Positions 1 through 11,950 of a stretch of 64,000 bases of DNA are shown piece after piece. Position 1 is the stretch's first letter; each line of letters starts with the position of its first letter. The notes under the pieces are model-generated. The model was given only the letters and a program-made list of their open reading frames with translations, did no database searches and was not told where the DNA came from. The translations under genes and the position numbers were made by a program. Origin of the DNA: Yuukianura sp. NJ FZ-2021 (lineage: Eukaryota). Location: positions 930,001 to 994,000 of the forward strand of contig CM102284.1 in NCBI GenBank assembly GCA_046563655.1, written 5' to 3'.

Positions 1-1669
1 AAAACTTTGGGTTGGGTCCACCGTTGTTTTTCATCCACTGCTCAAATGCCATGTTTATATGGTAGATTTAGTCCAATTCCAATGAATGCTTAACTCTTAC
101 TGAAATTCTTGAGAAAAAGGCGCGGCAATGGGTGTCCCAGACGGAGTACAATGGACAGTAAGTTTCCAGTCCAGTTACACTGTCCAAATTAACAAAGTTG
201 AACGTTAACGTTGATGATTAACGTACACTGCTGTCACGGTTTAATAAGTTGTTTTTATCTAAATAAAAACTTTGTTTTCGGTTTCATAAACCCGACCGGA
301 TCGATTCGGCTCACAAAATCAGCATAAGTATAAAAAGAAATGGTTGAGGTAAGGTTTAACAAGCATAATAGTTACACATTGTAGACACTGTACATATTTC
401 AAGTGGCTTCAATAGCCGGATACAGTTTAGTGGCAACAATTCTAGCCGTTTCAACGTAACCAAAGCTACTCTAAAGTGGCAACGTAAATAGTCGCATAAG
501 ATAGCCACCAACTGCACTTGCAAAGTGGCTAAAGAGCGAGGTCCTAATAATTATCATTATTCCTTACTGCACCAAAACATTGGAAGCGTTGATTATTAAC
601 AAAATTGGTTGAACGCGCAACCCCACATCCTATTGTAATCACGATGCAGAAAGCCAGTTTACTTTTAGCAGCATTATGTCGTCGCACGCTCAGCAGTATC
701 ATTTAGTACGCAGAGCTGTATTATAAGCCAATTATAACATAAGATTACTACAACTGCAGTGGAGCGCCATAATAGTTGTGAATATTGACAGTAAAACATT
801 GATAATGTATAATATATTTATAGATTTCATATTTTATTTTTATATTTATAGGTTTTTGAAGGGCCTAGCATTGGTGGGTACAGCGTTACTCTTCCTGACG
901 TCAACCTACAAAATCGCTAGACGGCACTAACTAATCCTCGGCAACGCAGATAATGCAGAAATTTTCAACCAAGGGTGGTGTTGAGCTACGGAAGTTCCAA
1001 ATGCAAAAGCAACGGCGACGGTTGAACCCTAACTATTTTTGCAATTTCACATGCTAAAAAAATATAATGTAATAATAATGTGTAATACAACTATCATAAA
1101 CATAAAAAATAAGATGGTACTTGACTTGACTTGTACAGACTTGGTTTAAATTTTATTCCAGGTCGACAGTTATTCCAAAAATTTTCAATTTGAAAAAATT
1201 CCAAAAGTACAACATTATAATTTAGTCTTTTGGGGTGATTCGGTATTCAAATTCAAATCAATCAATGAATTCAAAAGAACCAAATTCACAGAAAAAAAAC
1301 ATCGGCTTTTTTTTTAATTCATGGCGACAACAAAATTTTAATAATTCTATTGATTTTTCAAACAAAAATTTATGCCAATCGTATTTTAAAACTGGCACAT
1401 AGTCTGTTCACTCTTTGCATGCATCATGAAAGGCGGAGTTCAACGCTTGAAATTATTAATGCTTTTATTTGAGAGACAATAGGTATTTGAATATTGCCTG
1501 ATTATGACAATTTTTTTTAAATCGAAAATTGTATAACAAATATCACGAACATCTCTCAAATTTATCACCCGTGCTTCCTCAGAACCCAAAAAACTGTTAA
1601 ACTTTGTAGTCAAGTTGACTTATAAGTTACATAAAAGCATTAAACAGAAATTTAGGAATATTTTACACC

Positions 1670-4061
1670 ATGGATTTCAAAATTTCGTGCATTTTAGTTT
1701 ATATGACATTAGGTTGCTTAGCAACCGAGTCTCCGGTGGTTCAAAATTTATCTTTCTACATAAGTGCTTACAGGGACTGCAAAGTTATTTTATGGCTTCA
1801 CCCAATCAACAACTTGGACACAAGCATTCAACCAATCAGCGATCCCGTTTACATCAACATAGGAAGCTATAGACATCCAGTGCCAAACTGGCGGGATTTT
1901 TCAAAAATGAAACTTCCATTTTGCACCGTGTTTTTCTTTTTACTTGAATACATCAGTTTTCAAAATTTTGAAAATTCTGTACAATTGTTGGAGCACGCAA
2001 ACAGAGGTGTCCCAAATCAAAGAGTTGCGTTTATTGGCTTCACGATGCAAAAACAACAATCTTTTCAAAATATTAAACAACACGAATGGGCTTTAGATGG
2101 TATCCTCGTTGAGTCTCCTGTGTTGTTGATTCATAATTTCAATTTGTCTGCAGACCAAGGTCAAACATTTGATGCTAATACTAAAGTCGCACAAAGGTCA
2201 AAGGTCAACGCGTTTTTAGTCGGGAAGGCACCACACAAAAACCTACTTTTCAAAATTCCACTCGTTTGCCGCCTAATTTCTGCTGAAGCATGCTTAATGC
2301 CGGATAAGTTGAAAATGCAGCTCAGGTTTGATAAATACCTGACTTCCGACTTTGAATTTTTCTCACAAACTCCGTGCAGCTCTTACCAAAATTTGTTTAA
2401 CATCACAGAATCCATTCTGAATGAATTTTATGGTCCACTGTTCAACATTCCTATGATAACCAAAGCCTTATTTGGGAAGAGACCTCCTGGAAAAATTGGC
2501 AACTTTTTGTCGTTTTTTGTTTATATGGAAATGGTATCAATTTCAATTAGTTGCATTCAAGTGCATTCGAAACACATTCAAATCAGCAAAGAAGAGTTTT
2601 TCAAAAAACATTTTGTAAAATACTTTGTTCATAGCATCAGAGAGAGGTACAATGATATTGGAATGTCCCATCCTTCTCAATTTTTTACTCACAGATACAT
2701 TGAGGATGCAACAACAGCGGTCATTATCCTTGACATGGCTGAAATGGTATTTTCCACTTGCGACGGCGTGTCAAGGTCACTTGGGTTTGGAATTTACCTC
2801 ACACCAATGGACAACATGAGCTGGATGTTCCTAGTTGCCATGACAACCGTCATCATCCCACTTGCTTTCACAGGAATAGCCATGTTCCGGAAATTACGCG
2901 GGAAAATAATAGTGAAACTATTTTTGAATTCCTTCGTTTCATCGCTCTCCGCCGTTCTTGAAGTTTCTGCTGGCCTCACTCACAAATTTGTAGAAACCTT
3001 GAACCTCGTGCCCTACTATCGCTTGGTATTTGGTTCATTTGTGCTGGTGTTGGTCGTAATTGTGAATGGATACAAAGGTTTTTTTACTGCCCGAATTTTG
3101 GCCCCACCGAAAGCCACCCACCGGTGGGACTCCATCAATCAACTCGAAGGATTTCTTATAATTGATCCCAATTCATACTTTGCTATTCTCTTCGATCGAA
3201 AACTGATTGCTACTCATCTATGTTTGCCTGTAAAATGCAAATGCGAAGCAATGGGGTACTACACTGAACATTACTTGACAAAGTTCGAGATGAAGTTCAA
3301 CCAGAGTCGTGCAACCAAAACAGAAAGATGCAAATTGTGCGAAAAATACGAACAACAATTTGCTCATGTACGACCTTATGATGACCCTCTCAAATCTGTT
3401 GTAGACTGTGGAAAAGAAACTGGTTTAACGTGGCTACGTGACGGATGGGCCATTTCCTTACCTTTAACAGAAATCGCTTCAGATTCGCCTTTACAAAAAT
3501 CAAAATTTGTTGTTCAAAACAAAGGGCAATTTACTTCTTCTAGAGTTGATACTTTGAACTCAATTGGAATTGCTAAAATATTGGAACAGTGCTTTGGTCG
3601 ACTACGTCAAAGCAATGAAGTACTTTATGACGGAACTCCTTTTTCAAAAATTGGAAGCAGGAAATGGGAAGGAAATGCAGGAGTTTCAGATTTCGAAACA
3701 AAAACTGTTGGAAATGTGGGTTGGAGTTGCCTTTACAACATTTTTTAAAGAATTCGAGTTTCCGCGGGACGAAATGATACAGATGATTCACGGAATCATT
3801 GAACATGGAATTTATGAAATGTGGCGTAGAAATGATCAGGACGAAGCAGCACAGAAGTTAGAAAAATATGAACAGGCTATAGCGAAGTATCGAAAGTTAC
3901 CGCGCAAATTGACTTTGAATTTAAACTTGGGGACGGCCATGATTCTATGGGCTGCATCTGCACTACCATCAGCAATTATTTTTGTAATAGAAAATATTGT
4001 TATTAAGGAAATGACTAAAGTTAAAAAAATTGGGTGCAGGATTGGCCCAGTGAAAAACTAA
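1670..4061 (+). pseudogene. Divergent ionotropic receptor (IR/iGluR)-like membrane protein, copy 1, frameshifted
   Basis: ORFs 1670-3748 and 3564-4061 together equal one full paralog. Relative to copies 2/3 (acagtg-tgatcgcaccg-cttt), 11 bp are missing at 3591/3592, moving the C-terminal IEHGI motif and last TM helix out of frame. Confidence 0.8.
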
Positions 4062-5208
4062 AATTAAAATGCGCTTTCAGCTTTTTTGAAACTGAAGAAT
4101 GATCTTAGCATTTTGAAATAAAACAGTCTGCACAGTAGCAATTCTCGTAACTTTAAAACTACAATTTTTTCATTAAAAAGCTTGTTTGTGGAATTGCCAC
4201 GTGAATTCTACTAGGTCTTTCAATTTAAAATTACCGCTTACTTTAGATTCAAAATTCCCTCTCACTTCAAGCATTGTAGCCCCACCCCCTACTACGCAGT
4301 TAGTTTGGGTCTTCCGTTCTGCTTCACACTGTTAAAAAAAGTCGGTTGTACCTGTGAACGTGTACTGAGTACTGTGTACGTTGTCGCACACAGTACACAT
4401 TACTCTCAACAATATCATCAACAACATTATATTATTAGTGTAATAGTGTAAACCAATTCGGGTGCGCGATCTCCGGTAAATGTTATTAGCACTGAATTGC
4501 GCTTAAGAGATCACTGGGTGTATCATCCTTAACATCTGCACTAACCTAAAAACACAAAACATTTTAGCACTTGAAATATAATATTCTGCGCCGTAGCAAT
4601 TCTTGTAACTCAAAACCACATTTTTTCTTCGGAAAAATAAAATTCCACAAAACGTTGGTAGCCAACCATTCAATTTTTTATCAAAATTTGAAAAACATGA
4701 GAAGTTAAACACTTTGAAGTTTTTTTCAAATTCCCTTAAATTATTTAAACAATAATTTCATGTTATGGACTTTTAGATTTAGAAAAAGAGGAGGTTCCTT
4801 AGTCACTCTATATAATTAGTTGACTTATTCAATTAAATTTTAAAACAGAATTTTGTGTCAACCGTGTTTTAATAAAATTTGTTCTTACATATAGTAGCGA
4901 GTATCACGACACTTTGAGTACAATACTTATTCAAACATCTTAAGCGATATTTTTTTTAAAGAAACTCTTTAAGTAAATGTCGATGGATGAAATAAATATG
5001 ATTTAAATATTCCTTCCGTGATTACGACAATTTTTTTAAGAAATCTAAAAATGTATAATTAATATAAAGAACTCACGAACATCTCTAGAAATCGTTTAGA
5101 TCAGCCGCTTCTCTGCCTACAACAAAAGCACGCGTTTGCCTGCAAAGTTTCATACTCCAGTTAACTACATCAACCACATTGGGCAAAAATTTGCAAATAT
5201 TTTACACG

Positions 5209-7647
5209 ATGGATTTCAAAGTTCTGTTAATTTTAGCTCATATAACATTAGGTTGCTTGGCAACGATTGTTCAAAACTTGAACTTCTACATAAGCGCGTA
5301 CAGGGACTGCAAAGTTATTCTGTGGTTTTACTCACCGAACCATTGGGCAGAAGGCGTTCAGATTCTGCCAATCAGGAATCCCGTTTACATCAAAATAGGA
5401 AACCATCCCAACCCACCACTGAAGTTAAACGACTTTTCAAAAATGAAATTTCCGTTTTGCACTGTATATTTCTTTTTGGTTTTTCACATTACCCCGAAAT
5501 ATTTTGAAAATGCTGTGCAGCTTTTGGAATACGCAAACAGAGGGGTGTCAAATGAAATGGTGGCGTTTATTGGATTCACGATGGACAAACAAGAATCTTT
5601 TCAAAATTGTTCGATGCAAATTCAAAAAAACGAAATGCCTGAGCTAAAACTGGCTGTGTCTACTTTGCTGCTGATTGATAGTTTTTCTGAAACCCAAGGT
5701 CAAGTATTTGATGCTAGCGTCACACAGAGGTCAAAGGTCAATGCCTTTTTAATCGGTAAGGCACCAAACAAAAACAACTTTTTCAACATTCCACTCGTTT
5801 GCCGCCTAATTTCTGTTCAAAAATGCTTTACACGCCAAAAATTAAAAATGCATCTCAAGCTGTTTGAAACCATACTAATACACGAACTTATTCCTTATAT
5901 GTCGACGAGTGCTGGTTCATGCAACTCTGGCCAAAATTTGTTTAACCTCACAGATTCCATTGTGAACAAACTCTTTGGACCACTGTCCAACGTTCCTATG
6001 CCAACCAAAGCTCTATTTGGAAACAGACCTCCTGGAAAATTTGGCAAAATTTTGTCGTTTTTAGTTTATATGGAAATGTTATCAGTCTCAACTAGATGCA
6101 TCCAATATCATCCTAAAACACACATTGAGGTCAGTGAAGAAGCTTTTTTCAAAAATTATTTGGTCAAATACTTTGTTCATTTCAGCGCAGCATTGTATCA
6201 CAGTATTGGAATGGTTTTCCCTTCTCAAAATTCGACTCCTTTGTATGAGCATGAAGGTGGTTTGTATCATACAATCGCAGCCGTCATTATCCTTGACATG
6301 GCAGAAATGGTATTCTCCACTTGCGACGGCGTGTCAAGGTCACTTGGATTTGAAATTTACTTTACACCAATGGACAACATGAGCTGGATGTTCCTAGTCG
6401 CCATGACAACCCTTGTCATCCCACTTGCTTTGACAGGAATAGCCATGTTCCGGAAATTACGCGGGAAAATAATAGTGAAACTATTTTTGAATTCCTTCGT
6501 TTCATCGCTCTCCGCCGTTCTTGAAGTTTCTGCTGGCCTCACTCACAAATTTGTAGAAACCTTGAACCTCGTGCCCTACTATCGCTTGGTATTTGGTTCA
6601 TTTGTTTTTGTGTTGGTGGTAATTGTGAATGGATACAAAAGCTTTTTTACTGCAAGTATTTTGGCCCCACCAAAAGCCACCCACCGGTGGGACCGAGTCA
6701 ATCAGCTCGAAGGATTTCTTCTAATTGCACCGGATTCATACTTTCAGAGCCTCAAACAGCGAAAATTAATTTTTGCTCATAACTGTTTGCTTGTCAAATG
6801 CAAATGCGAAGCTATGGGTTTTCACCTTGACGAAAAGAAAGGATGGTTAGATTTTGACAAAAGTCGACCAAAATCAAAAGATTGCAAATTATGCGAAAAA
6901 TACGAAGAAGATTTCGCTCATGTGCGAGCAAGTGTTGAACCGGTGATATCTGCTCTAGACTGTGGAAGTAGTAGAACTTTTATTGGAATGGCTGAAGGTT
7001 CATGGCGGATTTCTTTACCTTTAACAGAAATCCCTTCAGATTCGCCGTTACAAAAATCAAAATTTATTGTTAACAAGAAAGGGCAATTTTTTTCTGAAAC
7101 TACTGGTGAATTAAACTCAAGTGAAATTGCTAAAAGGTTAGAACAGTGTGATCGCACCGCTTTGATCGACTATGTTGAAGCAGTGAAGAACTTTGTAGCT
7201 GAATTACTTTTTAAAAAACTGGAAACCGGAAATACCGGAGAAGACCTACAAGAATTTCCCATTTCAAAACAAAAACTTGTGGAAATATGGATTCCAGCTA
7301 CTTTTTATATACTTCATAAAGGTGTGGAACATTCGCAAGAGGAAATGATGCAGAGAATGCATCAACTCATTGAGCATGGAATATTTGAAATCTGGCGCAG
7401 AAATGATCGGGAAAAGGGAGCAGAGAATTTAGAAAAACACGAACAGGCTATAGCTAAGTACAGAAGTTCGCCGCGGAAACTGACTTTGAATTTAAATCTG
7501 GGGACGGCCATGATTCTATGGATTGCATGTGCACTACCGTCCGCAATTATTTTTCTCATAGAATATTTGAAAAGTGTTGTTTTTAAGTCTATAACTAAAG
7601 TTACAAAAATTAGTAAGAGAACAAGACCAATGAAGAACGGAAATTGA
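5209..7647 (+). CDS. Divergent IR-like membrane protein, copy 2 (intronless)
   Basis: ATG at 5209 (MDFKVLL, signal-peptide-like). IR-type layout: IYFTPMDxMSW before M1, YRLVFGSF..VNGYKS..ILAP, MHQLIEHGIFEIW, KLTLNLNLGTAMILW before the last TM. The ORF is certain; the family call is by motif resemblance. Confidence 0.75.
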   Translation: MDFKVLLILAHITLGCLATIVQNLNFYISAYRDCKVILWFYSPNHWAEGVQILPIRNPVYIKIGNHPNPPLKLNDFSKMKFPFCTVYFFLVFHITPKYFENAVQLLEYANRGVSNEMVAFIGFTMDKQESFQNCSMQIQKNEMPELKLAVSTLLLIDSFSETQGQVFDASVTQRSKVNAFLIGKAPNKNNFFNIPLVCRLISVQKCFTRQKLKMHLKLFETILIHELIPYMSTSAGSCNSGQNLFNLTDSIVNKLFGPLSNVPMPTKALFGNRPPGKFGKILSFLVYMEMLSVSTRCIQYHPKTHIEVSEEAFFKNYLVKYFVHFSAALYHSIGMVFPSQNSTPLYEHEGGLYHTIAAVIILDMAEMVFSTCDGVSRSLGFEIYFTPMDNMSWMFLVAMTTLVIPLALTGIAMFRKLRGKIIVKLFLNSFVSSLSAVLEVSAGLTHKFVETLNLVPYYRLVFGSFVFVLVVIVNGYKSFFTASILAPPKATHRWDRVNQLEGFLLIAPDSYFQSLKQRKLIFAHNCLLVKCKCEAMGFHLDEKKGWLDFDKSRPKSKDCKLCEKYEEDFAHVRASVEPVISALDCGSSRTFIGMAEGSWRISLPLTEIPSDSPLQKSKFIVNKKGQFFSETTGELNSSEIAKRLEQCDRTALIDYVEAVKNFVAELLFKKLETGNTGEDLQEFPISKQKLVEIWIPATFYILHKGVEHSQEEMMQRMHQLIEHGIFEIWRRNDREKGAENLEKHEQAIAKYRSSPRKLTLNLNLGTAMILWIACALPSAIIFLIEYLKSVVFKSITKVTKISKRTRPMKNGN

Positions 7648-8822
7648 AATGTACTTTCCAATACACAAATCACATTGTAGCAATATAAATACGAATATTC
7701 TGCACCGTAGCAATTCTTGCCCTTCTGACACCTTTTCCATAGCAGGTGAAATGGCCAAAAAAATTGGCCAAAATTGAAGTGGGCAAAATAAGTGCACAGG
7801 ATAGGAATGAAATGATCTTAAGGTTTAGGTTACCTGAGTTTCATATTCCTTTTTGGCCATTTTTTCTCGTGTTTTCAATTTTGGCCATTTCACTTTTTGG
7901 CCAAATTGCATGCAATCCACTTTTCTTCGGAAAAATGAACTTTAAGCTTCGCAAAAGAGTATCTGCTTTTGCCACTCAATTTAATTAGTTACGTCTTAAT
8001 CACTACGTATGTACGGTGTGTATGGTAAGGATAACTAAAAATTTATGACATTTTAACTCTATTTTTTTCAAATACGAACACCTCCCAAAGTGGAAATTCA
8101 AGTTAACTACGAATTCAAATGCCAACGTTCAAAAGGTACATGACCATCATATTGTGACTCTGTCTATCTCAGAACATATTTTCACTGAAGCATTTCAAAG
8201 TCTGTACCGCATATTATCTTAGGATCACTGTAGTGGTCCAGAATTGAAAAGGTGAAGGCGAAATTCAAAACTGAATTTTTATAGGTCACTCACAAATTTA
8301 AACGCCAGCCAAAGTAGTTGCTAGTTTTCTTCCACCGTATTCACGCTGAATCATAAATTAAATTTTCAATGCGGCGTAATTCTTTGGAATCTAAATCCAC
8401 ACTTTCCTTCAGACAAATTAATATTTCATTTTGTGTACCTTAAACTTTGCAAAACGATATCTTCTTTTTTCCACTTGTTTTAATTAACCAATTCTATACA
8501 TTTCTCAAAATAATATTCATACCGATCATGTTTTAATACCAGGTGTAGTTTGTTCTTAAGTTGCATGCATCACGATAGTTCGAGTTCATTACTTATGTGA
8601 AGTATTTTTTTTGAAAAAAAAAAAAAACACTATAATTTATTTTAGTATTGCTTCAGTGGTAATGATAATGTATTTTTAAGAAATTAATACCAAGAACTCA
8701 CGAAACATCTCTCAAAATTATCGTGTAAAGCAGTCCGTGTCCAACTCAAAATCTAAGCTAAATCCGTACTCCAGCTGAGTACACCAAAAACAATAAACAG
8801 AAATTTGCAAACATTTTGCACA

Positions 8823-11201
8823 ATGCATTTCAAAATTCTGTTCATTTTAGCTTATTTGACAGCACGTTGCTTAGCAACCGAGATAATGGTGGTTCAAAAT
8901 TTAAATTTCTACATAAGTAAGTACACGGACTGCAAAGTTATACTGTTGTTGAAGTCAACCAGTATTCAACCAATCAGCGATCCCGTTTTCATTAACATAG
9001 GAAACTACAGACACCCAGAATCGAACTGGCGGGACTTTTCAAAAATGAAACTTCCGTTCTGCCGCGTATTTTTCTTTTTGGTTCATTACATTAGTCCTCA
9101 AAATTTTGAAATTTCTGTGAAGCTGTTGAAGTATGCAAACAGAGGTGCGCCTGGAAAGACGGTGGCGTTTATTGGCTTCACGATGCGCAAACAAGAATAT
9201 TTTCAAAATTTCTGTTTGAACATTCAAAAAAACAAACCGCGTCTAGATGGTAGCTGTCATTATGGGCCAAAACTAGCAACTGTGTTGGTCATTGGTAATT
9301 CCACTGAAGGCCAAGTTCAACCATTTGTTGCGAATACTAGCGTCACACACAGGTCAAAGGTCAAAGCATTTCTAGTCGGAAAGGCACCGCCCAAAACCAA
9401 ACTTTTCAAAATTCCACTCGTTTGCCGCCTAATTTCTACTGAAGATTGCTTAATTCCGTACAAGTTGAAAATGCATCTCAGGTTTGATGAATACCTGACA
9501 GTCGATTTTGACTTTCTGTCGGAGAGTCCGTGCAACTCTGACCAAAATTTGTTCAACATCACAGATTCCATGTTGAACAAACTTTATGGTCCACTGTCTA
9601 ACGTTCCCATGGCAACCAAATCCTTATTTGGGAAGAGACCTCCTGGAAAAATTGGCACTATTTTGTCGTTTTTCGTATATATGGAAATGCTATCAATTTC
9701 AGTTAGCTGCATTCAAGTTCACCAGAAGCCACACATTGAAATCAGCCAAGAAGAATTTTTCAAAAAACATTTTGTGAAAAACTTTGTTGATGACAGTGCA
9801 TTCATGTACTTACACATTGGAATGTTCTTTCCTTTTCACTTTCCGACTCCTATGACCCATGAGCAGACGCCCACGGACACTTTGATCCTAGATATGACAG
9901 AGATGGCATTTTCCACTTGCGACGGCGTGTCAAGGTCACTTGGATTTGGAATTTACCTCACACCAATGGACAACATGAGCTGGATGTTCCTAGTCGCCAT
10001 GACAACCGTCATCATCCCACTTGCTTTCACAGGAATAGCCATGTTCCGGAAATTACGCGGGAAAATAATAGTGAAACTATTTCTAAATTCCTTCGTCTCA
10101 TCAATGTGTGCCGTTCTTGAAATTTCTGCTGGTCTCACTGACAAACTTGTGGAAACCTTGAACCTCTTGCCCCACTATCGCTTCGTATTTGGTTCATTTG
10201 TGCTGGTATTGGTAGTAATTGTGAATGGGTACAAAAGCTTTTTTACTGCCAGTATTTTGGCCCCACCAAAAGCCACCCACCGGTGGGACTTCTTCAATCA
10301 ACTCGAAGGATTTCTTATAATTGCTCCAAATCCATACTTTACTACGATCCTTCCTAAGCAAGAACTGGTCGTTACTCATGACTGCGCCCCTGTAAAATGC
10401 AAATGCGAAGCAATGGGTTACTATAGTTACGGATTCGACATGAAGTTCGACAAGAGTCGAACAACTAAGACAGAAGATTGCAAATTGTGTGAAAAATACG
10501 AAAAATATTTTGCTCATGTGCGGCCACACGATGATCCTCTGAAATCTGTGGACTGTGCAAATGAAACTTATTGGACAGCGCTACGTGGTTCGTGGGAAGT
10601 ATCTTTGCCTTCAACGGAATTTCCTTCAGATTCGCCTTTACAAAAATCAAAATATGTTGTGAAAAACAAAGGCCAATTTCGGTCTAGTTTCGCTGATCAT
10701 TTCAACTCAAGTGAAATCGCTAAAATTTTGAAACAGTGTGATCGAACTGCTTTTGTGGACTACGTGGAAGCAGTGAAGTATTTTATGACTGAACTTGTTT
10801 TTCAAAAATTGGAAGCGGGAGATGCGAACGGAGGCCTTCAGGAGTTTCATATTTCAAAACAAAAGTTATTAGAAATGTGGATGGGGATTGCCTTTGCTCC
10901 ATTTCTCAAAGAACATGAACTTCCGGAGGAAGAAATGATGCAGAGGATGCACCAACTCATTGAACATGGAATATTTGAAATCTGGCGAAGAAATGATCAA
11001 GACGAAACAGCACTGAAGTTAGAAAAATACGAAGAGACTATATCAAAGTATCGAAAGTTGCCGCGCAAATTGACTTTGAATTTAAACCTAGTGACGGCCA
11101 TGATTCTATGGGCTGCATGTGTGCTACCGTCAGGAATTATATTTCTCATAGAATATTTGAAAAATGTTGTTAGTAAGTCAACACTAAAGTTCAAAATTTA
11201 G
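8823..11201 (+). CDS. Divergent IR-like membrane protein, copy 3 (intronless)
   Basis: First ATG at 8823 (MHFKILF). Collinear with the other copies and carries the same motifs. Confidence 0.75.
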   Translation: MHFKILFILAYLTARCLATEIMVVQNLNFYISKYTDCKVILLLKSTSIQPISDPVFINIGNYRHPESNWRDFSKMKLPFCRVFFFLVHYISPQNFEISVKLLKYANRGAPGKTVAFIGFTMRKQEYFQNFCLNIQKNKPRLDGSCHYGPKLATVLVIGNSTEGQVQPFVANTSVTHRSKVKAFLVGKAPPKTKLFKIPLVCRLISTEDCLIPYKLKMHLRFDEYLTVDFDFLSESPCNSDQNLFNITDSMLNKLYGPLSNVPMATKSLFGKRPPGKIGTILSFFVYMEMLSISVSCIQVHQKPHIEISQEEFFKKHFVKNFVDDSAFMYLHIGMFFPFHFPTPMTHEQTPTDTLILDMTEMAFSTCDGVSRSLGFGIYLTPMDNMSWMFLVAMTTVIIPLAFTGIAMFRKLRGKIIVKLFLNSFVSSMCAVLEISAGLTDKLVETLNLLPHYRFVFGSFVLVLVVIVNGYKSFFTASILAPPKATHRWDFFNQLEGFLIIAPNPYFTTILPKQELVVTHDCAPVKCKCEAMGYYSYGFDMKFDKSRTTKTEDCKLCEKYEKYFAHVRPHDDPLKSVDCANETYWTALRGSWEVSLPSTEFPSDSPLQKSKYVVKNKGQFRSSFADHFNSSEIAKILKQCDRTAFVDYVEAVKYFMTELVFQKLEAGDANGGLQEFHISKQKLLEMWMGIAFAPFLKEHELPEEEMMQRMHQLIEHGIFEIWRRNDQDETALKLEKYEETISKYRKLPRKLTLNLNLVTAMILWAACVLPSGIIFLIEYLKNVVSKSTLKFKI

Positions 11202-11950
11202 TAATACAGGCCCAATGAAAAATGGAAATTTAAATGCACTTTCAGCACTTTTCAAGAAAACAAAACCAAAACATAAATGACATTTTAACATAAAATAAAA
11301 TATTTGGAATAGTGCTAGCAATACTTGTAATTCTGAAACAACACTTTTTTCTTAAAACACCTTTTTCTCGGCACTTTTTCTGAAACTACACGTTAAATAT
11401 AATAATTATAATTAACAATTAATTAATAAATAATAAAAACAATCAAATATAATAAGCTCCAAAATATTCCTCACAGTGGCAATCCTTTTGATACTAGAAC
11501 TACACTCTTTCATCGGAAGAATAAATTTTAATCTGTGAACTTTAAACTTTGCCAGAAAACATCTTCTTTTTCCACTCAATTTATTCTATTCTATAACTTA
11601 TTCTACTAATTTTATGAGACAAAAGTTTGTGCCAATCGTGTTTTAGTGCCTTTTCAAAATTAGTTGCATGCATCACGAGCGTCCGACTTCAAAACTTATG
11701 CAAACATCTTATGTGAAATGTTTTTTCTTTGTAAAACAGAAAATATTTTCATATGCCTTCCATGATTACGACAATTTTTTTAATGAATCTAAAAATGTAT
11801 AATTAATAAAAAGAATTCACGAACATATCTCCATACTTATCATTCTTGGCAGTCCTTACTCTGCTCGTAACCGAAGAACGCGTTCGCCTGCTAAACTCCG
11901 TAGTCAAGTTGAGTACATCAAAAAACTAAACAGCCCAAATATTCTACAGG

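Noticed and set aside
1-1100. Possible exon-like or TE-derived sequence at the window start
   Set aside because: The frames I tried are interrupted by stops and no family motif or termini were recognisable.
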